A DNA stretch of 64,000 nt from a bacterium (GCA_963675295.2 CAXXKJ010000001.1:114791-178790), one strand, 5' to 3'. Positions 17,229 to 26,753 are shown, numbered from the stretch's first letter. Made by a program: numbers and translations. Notes: generated from the sequence alone by a model not told the origin.

Positions 17229-17253
17229 TCTTTGTACGGGTAACAAACAAAGT
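17229..17253. promoter_or_regulatory. operator candidate tCTTTGT-N11-ACAAAGT (site 2)
   Basis: Read directly: TCTTTGTACGGGTAACAAACAAAGT, 126 bp upstream of the 17379 start. Confidence 0.5.
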
Positions 17254-17378
17254 GGCGCGGCAACCCGGCGGAGACGTCAACTCAACGGGATCAGATGGTT
17301 GCCGGATAAACGCAATGATGCAGCCAGGAAAACTTTAGATACGCTGATCAAAGTACGTTTACGAAGGAGAGATGCGTC

Positions 17379-19199
17379 ATGAGTAAGAAATTGGTTTTGA
17401 CAACATTGTTGCTCGGTCTGCTCACCGTTTCGGCAATGGCTCAGCCGACAAACCCGGCCCCAACCCCGACGGAACCGGCGAATGAAGTGACCTCGCTGTT
17501 CAGCGACGTCTACACGAACGTTACGGTGGACACCTGGTCCGCGGTCTGGGATGCGGCGGATGTCGAAGATGTTCTGATTCAGGGCAACCCGACCAAGCTG
17601 TACACCAACCTCGTGTTTGCCGGCATCGAATTCACCTCGCAGCCGATCGATGCTTCCACTCACACCACGTTCCACATGGACATCTGGACCCCGGATCCGA
17701 CCTCGACTCCGAACGTTTTCAAGATCAAGCTGGTCGACTTCGGTGCCGATGGCCTCTTTGGTGGTGGCGATGACAGCGAACATGAACTCGTGTTTGACGA
17801 GTTCACAGATCCGCCGTTGGTGACCGGAGAGTGGATTCAGTTTGATATTCCGATGTCCGATTTCGCCGGCCTCGCGAGCAGTGAACACCTCGCGCAGCTG
17901 ATCATTCAGGCTGATCCGGGCCCGGACACGGTTTACATGGACAACGTCTACTTCAGCGGCGTTGCCGGAACGCAGGCCGAGCCGACCGAACCGGCTCCGA
18001 CCCCGACCGAGCCGGAAGCGGAAGTCATTTCCCTGTTCAGCAACGCGTACACCGATGAACCGGTCGACACCTGGTCTGCGGACTGGGATCAGGCCACGGT
18101 GACAGACATTCAGATCGACGGCAACGAGACCAAGCTGTACACCGGTCTTGTCTTCGCTGGCATCGAGTTCACCTCGCAGGTGATCGACGTGTCCAACATG
18201 GAATATTTCCACATGGACATCTGGACCCCGGATCCGACATCTTCCCCGGCGATCTTTGAGATCAAGCTGGTTGACTTCGGTGCGGACGGCGTCTGGAGTG
18301 GTGGGGACGACAGCGAAGCGGCCATCGTCTTCGACGAATTCAGCACCCCGCCGCTGGTGTCGGAACAGTGGATCAGCTTCGACATTCCGATGGCGGATTT
18401 CGTTGGCCTGACCAACCTGACCAGCATGGCGCAGTTGGTGATCACCAGCACGCCGAACACGGTGTACATCGACAACATCTACTGGCACACCTTCATTAAC
18501 CCGCCGGCAAACTACGTGTTGACGATGGACCCGGTGACCGATCCAGTGATCGTGCCGCAGGGTGGCATGTTCTCGTTCGACATTTCGGTGACTAACAACA
18601 CACCGAACACAGGCAGCGGCAACCTGTGGACCGAAGCCGTGCTGCCGAACGGCAACACCTTCGGCCCGATCATCAACGTGACTGGTCTGACCCTCCCGGC
18701 GCAGCAGTCGTTCTACTTCACCAACCTCGCTCAGGCGATCCCGGCGGTTGCTCCGGCAGGTAACTACATCTACAAGTGCAAGATCGGGTACCCGGGCTTT
18801 GTCGTCGCGATGGATGGCTTCGCGTTCGAGGTCGTAGCCAGCGCCGGTGGTGACGCCAGCAGCTGGAACGTAAGCGGCACCGAACAGATCGAAAAGGCGA
18901 TGGATCGCGCGATGGCGAGCACGGAAGTTCCGACCGAAGCCGCGTTGATGTCGGTCTATCCGAACCCGTTCAACCCGACGACGACCGTTCAGCTGACCCT
19001 GCCGAATGTGGCGAACGTCCAGGTCAACGTGTTCAACAGCCTCGGCCAGCAGGTCGCGACGCTTGCGTCCGGTTCGCTGACCGCGGGCACCCATGCGCTG
19101 CAGTTCAACGGTGCGAACCTCGCCTCCGGGCTGTATTTCGTCCGTGCGACGGTTGACAATCAGCCGCTGGACATGCAGAAGCTGATGCTGCTGAAGTAA
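17379..19199 (+). CDS. secreted T9SS cargo protein: 2 CBM-like beta-sandwich modules + Ig-like domain + T9SS C-terminal sorting domain
   Basis: Signal peptide (..SAMAQP). Two ~165-aa modules (SLFS..YT..VDTWSA.WD...FHMDIWTPD...IKLVDFGADG..GGGDDSE...VY.DN.YF). C-terminus VYPNPFNPTTT...SGLYFVRATV..QKLMLLK. Confidence 0.85.
   Translation: MSKKLVLTTLLLGLLTVSAMAQPTNPAPTPTEPANEVTSLFSDVYTNVTVDTWSAVWDAADVEDVLIQGNPTKLYTNLVFAGIEFTSQPIDASTHTTFHMDIWTPDPTSTPNVFKIKLVDFGADGLFGGGDDSEHELVFDEFTDPPLVTGEWIQFDIPMSDFAGLASSEHLAQLIIQADPGPDTVYMDNVYFSGVAGTQAEPTEPAPTPTEPEAEVISLFSNAYTDEPVDTWSADWDQATVTDIQIDGNETKLYTGLVFAGIEFTSQVIDVSNMEYFHMDIWTPDPTSSPAIFEIKLVDFGADGVWSGGDDSEAAIVFDEFSTPPLVSEQWISFDIPMADFVGLTNLTSMAQLVITSTPNTVYIDNIYWHTFINPPANYVLTMDPVTDPVIVPQGGMFSFDISVTNNTPNTGSGNLWTEAVLPNGNTFGPIINVTGLTLPAQQSFYFTNLAQAIPAVAPAGNYIYKCKIGYPGFVVAMDGFAFEVVASAGGDASSWNVSGTEQIEKAMDRAMASTEVPTEAALMSVYPNPFNPTTTVQLTLPNVANVQVNVFNSLGQQVATLASGSLTAGTHALQFNGANLASGLYFVRATVDNQPLDMQKLMLLK
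17454..18488 (+). repeat. two tandem CBM-like coding modules (A1 17454-17960, A2 17991-18488)
   Basis: Each starts with a PAPTPTEP linker and ends VY(M/I)DN(V/I)Y(F/W). Confidence 0.8.
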
Positions 19200-19230
19200 G
19201 ACCGGAAATGGTCTGGTACTTGCATACAAT

Positions 19231-19268
19231 CCTGCCGGTCACAATCTGGCCGGCAGGTGTTTCTTTTT
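19231..19268 (+). terminator. rho-independent terminator
   Basis: CCTGCCGG-N11-CCGGCAGG followed by TGTTTCTTTTT. Confidence 0.6.
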
Positions 19269-19305
19269 GTACCAACCATTTCGGGACTCAACTGAGGAAT
19301 TGACG

Positions 19306-20727
19306 ATGAACAGGATGTTCCTTTTTGCTTTCCTGATGCTGAGTGTCGCTGTCACGCCGGTGTTCGCACAGCCGTCCGAACCCGCGCCGACACCGACTGA
19401 ACCCGCAAACGAGGTGACGTCGCTGTTCAGCAACGCCTACACTGATCAGCCGGTTGATACGTGGTCGGCGGATTGGGACATGGCGGACGTCGAAGATGTC
19501 CAGATTCAGGGCAATGACACCAAGCTGTACACCAACCTCACGTTCGCGGGGATCGAGTTTACCTCCAATACGTTGGATGTGTCCGACCATTCGCACTTCC
19601 ACATGGACATCTGGACCCCGGATGCGACAGCTTCACCGGCGGTCTTCGCGATCAAACTGGTCGATTTCGGTGCGGACGGCCTCTACGGCGGCGGTGATGA
19701 CAGCGAATCTGAGATCCCGTTCAACGAGTTCAGCGATCCGCCGCTAGTCACCGAATCCTGGATCGAATTCGACATTCCGATGTCTGATTTCTCGGCACTG
19801 ACCAACCTGACCAACATGGCGCAGCTGGTCATCTCCGGCGATCCGAACACCGTCTACGTCGACAACATCTACTTCTACGGCACCGGCGGCAGCGTCCTGC
19901 CGGAACCGACCGTCGCAGCGCCGACTCCGACCGAACCGGCGGACGAAGTCGTCTCGCTGTTCAGCAACGCCTACGACGATGTTACCGTCGACACCTGGTC
20001 CGCGGGTTGGGATAACGCGAACGTGGAAGACGTGCAGATCGCGGGCGACGACGCAAAGAAGTATACCGGCCTCGTCTTCGCCGGCATCGAGTTCACCTCG
20101 AACCCGGTGGATGCGTCCGACAAAGCCTATTTCCACATGGACATCTGGACGCCGGATGATACCGGCGCCCCCGCCGTGTTCAAGATCAAGCTGGTCGATT
20201 TCGGCGCGGATGGCCTGTTCGGCGGCGGCGATGACAGCGAATCGGAGCTGACATTCAGCGCGACCAGCGATCCGCCGCTGGTGTCAGAATCCTGGATCAG
20301 CTTCCACATCCCGCTGACCGATTTCGCTGGCCTGACCAACCTGAGCAGTATGGCTCAGCTGGTGATCTCCGGCGACCCGAACACGGTCTACGTGGACAAC
20401 ATCTACTTCAGCGATTCCTTCATGAGCGTGTCCGAACCGAATGCGGATCCTTCGCGGCCGCTGGAGTTCGCGACGGTGAATGTGTATCCGAACCCGTTCA
20501 ACCCGGCGACGACCGTCGCGTTAACCCTGCCGTACGCGGCAGACGTGCAAGTCGCTGTTTACAACGGGCTCGGCCGTCAGGTCGCGACCCTCGCGCAGGG
20601 CCGCTATGCCGCCGGAACGCACAGCCTCGCGTTTGACGGTTCCACGCTCGCGTCCGGCGTGTACCTCGTCCGGGCGACCGTCGATCAACAGCCGCTGGCG
20701 ATGCGCAAGATGCTGCTGCTGAAGTAA
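19306..20727 (+). CDS. secreted T9SS cargo protein: 2 CBM-like modules + T9SS C-terminal sorting domain
   Basis: Start at MNRMFLF (RBS GAGGAA). Same module signature twice. C-terminus VYPNPFNPATT...SGVYLVRATV..RKMLLLK. Confidence 0.85.
   Translation: MNRMFLFAFLMLSVAVTPVFAQPSEPAPTPTEPANEVTSLFSNAYTDQPVDTWSADWDMADVEDVQIQGNDTKLYTNLTFAGIEFTSNTLDVSDHSHFHMDIWTPDATASPAVFAIKLVDFGADGLYGGGDDSESEIPFNEFSDPPLVTESWIEFDIPMSDFSALTNLTNMAQLVISGDPNTVYVDNIYFYGTGGSVLPEPTVAAPTPTEPADEVVSLFSNAYDDVTVDTWSAGWDNANVEDVQIAGDDAKKYTGLVFAGIEFTSNPVDASDKAYFHMDIWTPDDTGAPAVFKIKLVDFGADGLFGGGDDSESELTFSATSDPPLVSESWISFHIPLTDFAGLTNLSSMAQLVISGDPNTVYVDNIYFSDSFMSVSEPNADPSRPLEFATVNVYPNPFNPATTVALTLPYAADVQVAVYNGLGRQVATLAQGRYAAGTHSLAFDGSTLASGVYLVRATVDQQPLAMRKMLLLK
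19381..20415 (+). repeat. two tandem CBM-like coding modules (B1 19381-19881, B2 19915-20415)
   Basis: Same module signature, with PAPTPTEP / AAPTPTEP linkers. Confidence 0.8.
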
Positions 20728-20760
20728 GCACAGCCGGACTGTGATTTCTTGCTGCAATAC

Positions 20761-20800
20761 CCTGCCGGTCCCCACGTGAGACCGGCAGGTTCTGTTTTGT
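20761..20800 (+). terminator. rho-independent terminator
   Basis: CCTGCCGGTC-N9-GACCGGCAGG followed by TTCTGTTTTGT. Confidence 0.6.
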
Positions 20801-20844
20801 ACCTTACCGTTCCCAGCGTGGGACGATAACCCGGGATCAGACCG

Positions 20845-21948
20845 ATGAACCCCTTGCCGCTGTTTGCCTCGATCATGGTGATTGTTCAACTGGCGGCGAT
20901 GCTGCTCGCTGGGGGATGCTTCCAGGCAGACAGTGGCGTCAGTCCGAATGAACCGGCATTACCTGCAGTTGGCGACAGTGTCATCGGCGACCTGAGGCTG
21001 CCGCCCGAAGTCAGCATTACCAGCGCCACTCAGTCCAGCGTTGCGGGGACGGCGGAGAACGTTCACATCGGTCTGCACCGTATCGTGCTGTACGCGAAGA
21101 CCGACCGCTGGTATGTGCAGCCGCTGACCACCGATCCATACACACTGATCGACAGCGACGGAACCTGGTCAAACTCGACCAACAGCTGGAACCGGCTGGC
21201 CGCCGTACTTGTCGAGGAGGATTTCGTGCCGGAAGCCGTGCTCACGCTGCATCCGTCCACGGAACCAGGCGTGCTCGTGTGGGACGAGGTGCCCGATTCC
21301 TCCGCGCGGACGGTGACCTTTGCTGGACGCTCGTGGCACGTGAAAATGGCCGACGAAACACGCGTCGGACCAGGCCCGAACTATTTCTCGGGCAGCGAAA
21401 ACGCGGTCCATGTGGACGGGAACGGCCTGCATCTGCGGACCGAATACCGCGACGGCAACTGGTTCAGCGCGGAGGTGTTCAGCGTGGATCCGGCCGAGTA
21501 CGGCGAGTACACCTTCGAGCTCAACAGCCGGGTCGACAATCTCGATTACAACCTCATCTTCGCCTGCTTCATCTACCAGGGCGCGAACCAGGAGATCGAC
21601 TTCGAATTTTCTCAGTCGCTGATCCCCGCCCCGGACAACGCGCAGTATGTCACCCAGCCGTGGGACTACCCGGGCAACATCGAGCGGTATCAGCTACCCG
21701 CCGGGATCAACGTGTCCACCCACCAGCTCGACTGGCGTGCGGACGCGCTCACCTTCACCAGCTGGCGCGGCCGGATCGAGGACGAATCCCCCGACAGCCT
21801 GCTGCACAACTGGACCTATACCGGACCCTACATCCCTTTGCCAGACGGTGAACGCATCCACATCAACCTGTGGTTCATCAACGGCGAAGCGCCCGTCTCA
21901 AATGAGCCGGACGAAGTCGTCGTCTCCGCCTTCACCTACCAGCCCTGA
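20845..21948 (+). CDS. putative lipoprotein with GH16-like (concanavalin-fold beta-glucanase) domain
   Basis: N-terminal LLAGGC lipobox-like motif. QEIDFEFSQ resembles the GH16 ExDxE catalytic motif (lichenase-type EIDIEF). Confidence 0.65.
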   Translation: MNPLPLFASIMVIVQLAAMLLAGGCFQADSGVSPNEPALPAVGDSVIGDLRLPPEVSITSATQSSVAGTAENVHIGLHRIVLYAKTDRWYVQPLTTDPYTLIDSDGTWSNSTNSWNRLAAVLVEEDFVPEAVLTLHPSTEPGVLVWDEVPDSSARTVTFAGRSWHVKMADETRVGPGPNYFSGSENAVHVDGNGLHLRTEYRDGNWFSAEVFSVDPAEYGEYTFELNSRVDNLDYNLIFACFIYQGANQEIDFEFSQSLIPAPDNAQYVTQPWDYPGNIERYQLPAGINVSTHQLDWRADALTFTSWRGRIEDESPDSLLHNWTYTGPYIPLPDGERIHINLWFINGEAPVSNEPDEVVVSAFTYQP

Positions 21949-22041
21949 ACAGCTTGACAGCAACGCCGGATGGACTCTCTTAACCCGCGTTTCATCCCAC
22001 AACCAACGAGGTTGCAGTTGACTTTCCGGGTGGAATGGGTT

Positions 22042-22066
22042 ACTTTGTTCGTTAAGCGAACAAAGT
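22042..22066. promoter_or_regulatory. operator candidate ACTTTGT-N11-ACAAAGT (site 3)
   Basis: ACTTTGTTCGTTAAGCGAACAAAGT (10-bp arms), 115 bp upstream of the 22181 start. Confidence 0.5.
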
Positions 22067-22180
22067 TGAATCCGGGCCAATCCGCCACTACCGGTGGAAA
22101 CTGCTGCGGACAGGTCTTCAGGCAGCGCTCATGCCGTACAGACAAGAGCACGCCTTCAGGACAGGGTGTTGGAGGACAGC

Positions 22181-24646
22181 ATGCGGATCAGATTGACTTC
22201 TTCATGGATCATCGTCACGCTTGCAGCGCTGCTGCTGATCGTGGCCGGCTGCGAACGCGAAAGCGATGTGACCAATCCGGCAACCTCGCCGGACGACGCC
22301 GACGTTTTTCTCGACGAGTTCGGTGACAATGTAACCTTCCAGGCGTTCGCTGGCTCGAAGCTGGATGCGCTCGACACTGACGCCTCGGTCGTGCATAGCG
22401 GCACACAATCCCTGATTATCACTGTCCCCGATGAGGGCAACGCCGCCGGAACCTTCGCCGGCGGGGCGTTTACCACCTCGATCGCACGTGACTTGAGCGG
22501 TTATGACGCCGTCACCTTCTGGGCGAAAGCCAGCACTCCGGCGACGCTGAACGTAGTCGGTCTTGGCAACGACAACACCGGCACCTCGTTGTACATGGCG
22601 GAGATGTACAACCTTGAGTTGACGACCTCCTGGACCAAGTTCATCGTTCCGATTCCGTTGCCGGAGAAACTGGAGGCGGAACAGGGGCTGTTCTACTTCG
22701 CCGAAGGGCCGGAGGACGGCCAGGGCTACCAGTTCTGGATTGATGATCTGCAGTTCGAAGCGATAGAGCTCAACACTCCGCAGCCGGATATCGGCACCGA
22801 GACGGTCGAAGCCGAGATCGGCGAAGAAATTGTCGTCGATATGGCGACCGTGACCTACAACATCGGTGGGAACGACTACATCCTCTGGGCGCAGCAGAAC
22901 TACTTCAGCTTCGCCTCGTCCAACACGAACGCGGTGGAAGTCGCGGAGGACGGCACGATTACCGCCGTTGGCCTCGGCACGGCGACAATCACGGCGGAAC
23001 TGGGGTCCGTTGATGCGGACGGCCAGATCACGGTCACCGTCGGCGAAGGTCCGGACCTGCCGGGTGAACCGGCACCGACTCCGACGCAGGACGCCGGAGA
23101 TGTCATCTCCATCTTCAGCAACGCATACACCAACGCCAGTGTCGACTCCTGGTCGGCTGACTGGGATGTGGCGGAGTATGCCGACCTGCAGATCGATGGC
23201 GACGATGTCAAGCAATACACTGACCTGGTGTACGCCGGAATCGACTTCTCCTCGGTGCCGATCAACGCCAGCGGGATGACCCATTTCTACATGAACCTGT
23301 GGACGCCGGTTACGGTGGATGCGTCTACCCAGTTCAAGATCAAGCTGGTCGATTTCGGCGCGGATGGGGTGTATCAGGGCGGCGACGACGTCGAATCCGA
23401 ATTGACCTTCACCACTACCAGCAGCCCGGCGCTGGTGTCCGGATCGTGGATCAAGTTCGACATTCCGCTGGTCAACTTCAGCGGCCTGGCCACGACTGAA
23501 CACGTCGCTCAGCTGATCATCTCCGGCGGGAATCTGCCGACGGTGTACGTGGACAACATCTTCTTCTACGACAGCGGCCAGATCATCACCGATCCCGAGC
23601 CGACCACACCGGCGCCAACCCCGACGCACGATGCCGGCGACGTCATCTCCCTGTTCAGTAATGCGTATGACGACGTGACCGTCGATACCTGGTCGGCCGA
23701 CTGGGATGAAGCTGAGCTGGAAGACGTGCAGATCGCCGGAAATGACACGAAGAAGTACACCGGCCTGACCGTCGCCGGAATCGAGTTCACATCGGAAACG
23801 ATTGACGCGTCCGAAATGACATACTTCCACATGGATTTCTGGACGCCGGACGCGACCTCGGATCCTGCCGCGTTCAAGATCAAGCTGGTCGATTTCGGTG
23901 CGGACGGTGCCTGGGGCGGCGATGATGACGTCGAGCACGAACTCACCTTTACCGCGAACACCGACCCGGCGCTGGAAACCACCAACTGGGTCAGCTTCGA
24001 CATTCCGTTGCAGGATTTCGCCGGCCTCACCACCACTGGCCACCTGGCGCAGTTGATCCTCTCCGGTGACCCGAACACGGTATACATCGACAACGTCTAT
24101 TTCCACGGCGGCGAAGTGATTCCGGATCCGGAACCAACCGAGGCTGCACCGGCACCGACCTACCCGGCGGCAAACGTGATCTCGCTGTTCTGCGATGAAT
24201 ACACGAACGTGCCCGTTTCCACCTGGTCGGCGGAGTGGGATGAGGCGTTCTTCGAAGATGTCCAGATCGCCGGCAACGACACGAAGAAGTATTCGATTTC
24301 CGTCTACGCCGGGATCGAGTTCCTCGATCCGACGATCGACGCGTCCGGGATGACGCACTTCCGGATGGACATCTGGACGCCGGACGATACAGCGGACCCG
24401 GCGATATTCAAAATCAAGCTGGTCGATTTCGGCGCGAACGGCGTGTGGTCGGGCGGTGACGACGTCGAGCATGAGCTCACCTACACCGCGTCCACCACGC
24501 CTGGACTGGTCACGGGATCGTGGATCACCTTCGATATCCCGCTGTCGGAGTTTACCGGGCTCGTGACAAGCGAACACATGGCTCAATTGGTTATCTCTGG
24601 GGACCTGAGTACGGTGTATGTCGACAACGTCCTCTTCCACAACTAG
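22181..24646 (+). CDS. surface lipoprotein: N-terminal CBM-like domain + Big_2 Ig-like domain + 3 CBM-like modules (glycan-binding protein candidate)
   Basis: Start at MRIRLTSS (RBS GGAGG). Lipobox LIVAGC. Big_2-like AVEVAEDGTITAVGLGTATITAE. Three module copies, each ending VY.DN..F. No T9SS tail. Confidence 0.85.
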   Translation: MRIRLTSSWIIVTLAALLLIVAGCERESDVTNPATSPDDADVFLDEFGDNVTFQAFAGSKLDALDTDASVVHSGTQSLIITVPDEGNAAGTFAGGAFTTSIARDLSGYDAVTFWAKASTPATLNVVGLGNDNTGTSLYMAEMYNLELTTSWTKFIVPIPLPEKLEAEQGLFYFAEGPEDGQGYQFWIDDLQFEAIELNTPQPDIGTETVEAEIGEEIVVDMATVTYNIGGNDYILWAQQNYFSFASSNTNAVEVAEDGTITAVGLGTATITAELGSVDADGQITVTVGEGPDLPGEPAPTPTQDAGDVISIFSNAYTNASVDSWSADWDVAEYADLQIDGDDVKQYTDLVYAGIDFSSVPINASGMTHFYMNLWTPVTVDASTQFKIKLVDFGADGVYQGGDDVESELTFTTTSSPALVSGSWIKFDIPLVNFSGLATTEHVAQLIISGGNLPTVYVDNIFFYDSGQIITDPEPTTPAPTPTHDAGDVISLFSNAYDDVTVDTWSADWDEAELEDVQIAGNDTKKYTGLTVAGIEFTSETIDASEMTYFHMDFWTPDATSDPAAFKIKLVDFGADGAWGGDDDVEHELTFTANTDPALETTNWVSFDIPLQDFAGLTTTGHLAQLILSGDPNTVYIDNVYFHGGEVIPDPEPTEAAPAPTYPAANVISLFCDEYTNVPVSTWSAEWDEAFFEDVQIAGNDTKKYSISVYAGIEFLDPTIDASGMTHFRMDIWTPDDTADPAIFKIKLVDFGANGVWSGGDDVEHELTYTASTTPGLVTGSWITFDIPLSEFTGLVTSEHMAQLVISGDLSTVYVDNVLFHN
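23069..24643 (+). repeat. three tandem CBM-like coding modules (C1 23069-23572, C2 23609-24109, C3 24143-24643)
   Basis: Same module signature, with PAPTPTQD / PAPTPTHD / AAPAPTYP linkers. Confidence 0.8.
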
Positions 24647-24663
24647 CAGAGGTTGACCCGGTC

Positions 24664-25902
24664 ATGGCCAAGCCGACGAATGGAAACGGGAAACGGTCGC
24701 GTGATGTGCTGACGCGGAACCGTCCCCTCGCGGAATCGGTGCTGCGTTTCATCTGGAAGGAAAAGCAGACCACGCGGGCGTACATCGCGAAGACGATGGA
24801 GTTGTCACGCTCGACAGCGTCCGAGATCGTGGACATGCTGCTGAAAACAGGCCTGATTGCAGAGGTCGGCGCGGGACGGTCGTCCGGCGGACGGAGGCCG
24901 ATTGTGCTCGAGTTTCAGGACAACGCGTGCAGCCTGCTCGGTGTCGATGTCGGCGCGACACACGTGTCCGTTGCCATGACCAACCTGCGCGGCAAGGTGC
25001 TGAAGTGGAAGGAAAAGCGCCACCCGGTACGCACCGACCCGACGGGCACCCGCCAGCTGGTGATCGACATGTGCGACGATATCGTCGAGTCGATGAAAGG
25101 CGTCGCCAAACCAGTCGTGCGGATCGGTGTCGCGGTGCCGAGCCCGGTTGATCCGTTGAACCCGGAATGGATCTCCGAGACCGTTATCCCGGCGTGGCAG
25201 GGCGAGAGTGGTCTAGCGGAGCTGCGGGAACGGTACGCGGTTCCGGTGCACATCGATAACGACGCGAACCTTGGCGCACTGGCCGAGATGTGGTGGGGCG
25301 CGGGACGGAATGTCAGCGACTTCGTTTACATCAAGATCGCACACGGTATCGGTGCCGGGTACATCCTCAACGGTCAGATCTACCGTGGCGCACGCGGTGT
25401 CGCCGGCGAAATGGGCCACCTGCCGATCGACCCGAGCGGCAGAAAATGTGTCTGCGGAATGCATGGCTGCCTGGCGACGTTCGTCAGCGCGCCGTCACTG
25501 GCCGAACGTGTCGTCGAGCTGCTGCCGCAGTATCCGAACAGCCTGCTCGGCCAGGTCGAACGGCGGATCTCGACCATCGTTGATGCCGCCCTGCAGGACG
25601 ATCCGCTTGCAAACCAGGTCGTCGCAGAAGTCTCGGACTACCTCAGCATTGCGATCACCGGCCTGTTCAACATGATCAACCCGAAGCTGGTCATTCTCGG
25701 CGGCGGATTGGCACGGCTGGACGAAAAACTGCTCAAGCCGATGCGGGAGAAGGTGCACAGCAGCATCCTTGTCAGCTCAGCAGCCGCCGACATTCGCTCC
25801 GGCGAACTCGGGTCGCAGACCATCGCGCTCGGCGCGGCCACCTTCGCGCTGGAAGCACTGATTACCGACCCTGAACTGTACCGAAACGGAGAGCACGGCT
25901 GA
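24664..25902 (+). CDS. ROK-family transcriptional regulator (NagC/XylR type)
   Basis: N-terminal winged HTH (TRAYIAKTMELSRSTASEIVDMLLKTGLI). ROK sugar-kinase fold with the CxCGxxGC zinc motif (CVCGMHGC). Confidence 0.9.
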   Translation: MAKPTNGNGKRSRDVLTRNRPLAESVLRFIWKEKQTTRAYIAKTMELSRSTASEIVDMLLKTGLIAEVGAGRSSGGRRPIVLEFQDNACSLLGVDVGATHVSVAMTNLRGKVLKWKEKRHPVRTDPTGTRQLVIDMCDDIVESMKGVAKPVVRIGVAVPSPVDPLNPEWISETVIPAWQGESGLAELRERYAVPVHIDNDANLGALAEMWWGAGRNVSDFVYIKIAHGIGAGYILNGQIYRGARGVAGEMGHLPIDPSGRKCVCGMHGCLATFVSAPSLAERVVELLPQYPNSLLGQVERRISTIVDAALQDDPLANQVVAEVSDYLSIAITGLFNMINPKLVILGGGLARLDEKLLKPMREKVHSSILVSSAAADIRSGELGSQTIALGAATFALEALITDPELYRNGEHG

Positions 25903-26717
25903 TGATTTCACGCTACGAGCGGCTGACGTTAACCCTGCTGATTGTAATGCTGATGAATACTACCGGCTGCACCACACCGACCGGCACCGACGGCGACACG
26001 TGGGAACTCGCGTGGCAGGACGAATTCGACGGCGACGCGGGTCAACTCCCGGACGCGTCCAAGTGGGGCTACGATATCGGCACCGACTGGGGCAACGCCC
26101 AGCTCGAGTGGGATACCGACCGGCCGGAGAATGTTTCGCTGGACGGCAACGGCAACCTCGCCATCACCGCCCGGAAGGAAAGCTACGAGGGGCAGAACTA
26201 CACCTCGGCGCGGATCGTCACCCGTGGCCTGTTCACGATGAACACCGGCCGTATCGAAGCACGGATCAAGCTGCCGATCGGCGCGGGTATCTGGCCCGCT
26301 TTCTGGCTGCTTGGCGCAAACATCAACGAAGTCAGCTGGCCGCAGTGCGGCGAGATTGACATCATGGAATACCGAGGGCAGGAGCCGAACATCGTACACG
26401 GCAGCCTGCACGGCCCGGGCTATTCCGCCGGGGACGCGTTCACCAACCGCTACGTGCTGAACAGCGGTACCTTCAACGACGATTTCCACACCTTCCGCGT
26501 GGACTGGTCGGATGACTACATCCGCTGGTTCATCGACGACATCCTGTACCAGACGATTACCATCGATCAGGTACGCGCGAAAGGCGAGTGGGTGTTCGAT
26601 CATCCCTTCTACATCATCCTGAACATCGCTGTCGGCGGTGGGTTTGTGGGACCGCCGAATGCCAGCACCGAGTTTCCGCAGACGATGCTGATCGACTGGG
26701 TGAGGGTGTACCAGTAA
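25902..26717 (+). CDS. GH16 endo-beta-1,3-glucanase (laminarinase-type) lipoprotein
   Basis: Catalytic motif GEIDIMEY. WPAFWLLG. N-terminal MNTTGC lipobox-like motif. TGATG overlap with the ROK gene. Confidence 0.9.
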   Translation: MISRYERLTLTLLIVMLMNTTGCTTPTGTDGDTWELAWQDEFDGDAGQLPDASKWGYDIGTDWGNAQLEWDTDRPENVSLDGNGNLAITARKESYEGQNYTSARIVTRGLFTMNTGRIEARIKLPIGAGIWPAFWLLGANINEVSWPQCGEIDIMEYRGQEPNIVHGSLHGPGYSAGDAFTNRYVLNSGTFNDDFHTFRVDWSDDYIRWFIDDILYQTITIDQVRAKGEWVFDHPFYIILNIAVGGGFVGPPNASTEFPQTMLIDWVRVYQ

Positions 26718-26753
26718 TCCGACACTTGGATCAACCTGCTTCGTGAGCCGTGC

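Noticed and set aside
19262-19275. TTTTGTACC after the terminators at 19.27 and 20.80 kb as extra half-sites of the ACTTTGT operator, or as a Bacteroidetes-type TAnnTTTG -7 box
   Set aside because: No matching ACAAAGT arm follows at the 11-nt spacing, and the sequence does not fit TAnnTTTG exactly. It is most simply the U-tract of the terminators.
22202-24640. 812-aa ORF antisense to the CBM-module lipoprotein gene. Similar long antisense ORFs occur at 8689-10305, 11910-13481, 13882-14997, 17277-19229, 25929-27245, 31088-32350, 32447-33571, 34055-36751 and 58679-60367.
   Set aside because: These are typical stop-poor shadow frames of high-GC DNA. Their translations are Arg/Gly/Asp/Val-rich low-complexity with no motifs. 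In each case the opposite strand encodes a protein with clear domain signatures, signal peptides and RBSs.
17454-24643. Considered whether the regularly spaced repeats could be a CRISPR or other non-coding tandem array
   Set aside because: The repeats are ~500-bp in-frame coding modules within three long ORFs and are conserved at the amino-acid level. No short direct repeats with unique spacers occur anywhere in the window.
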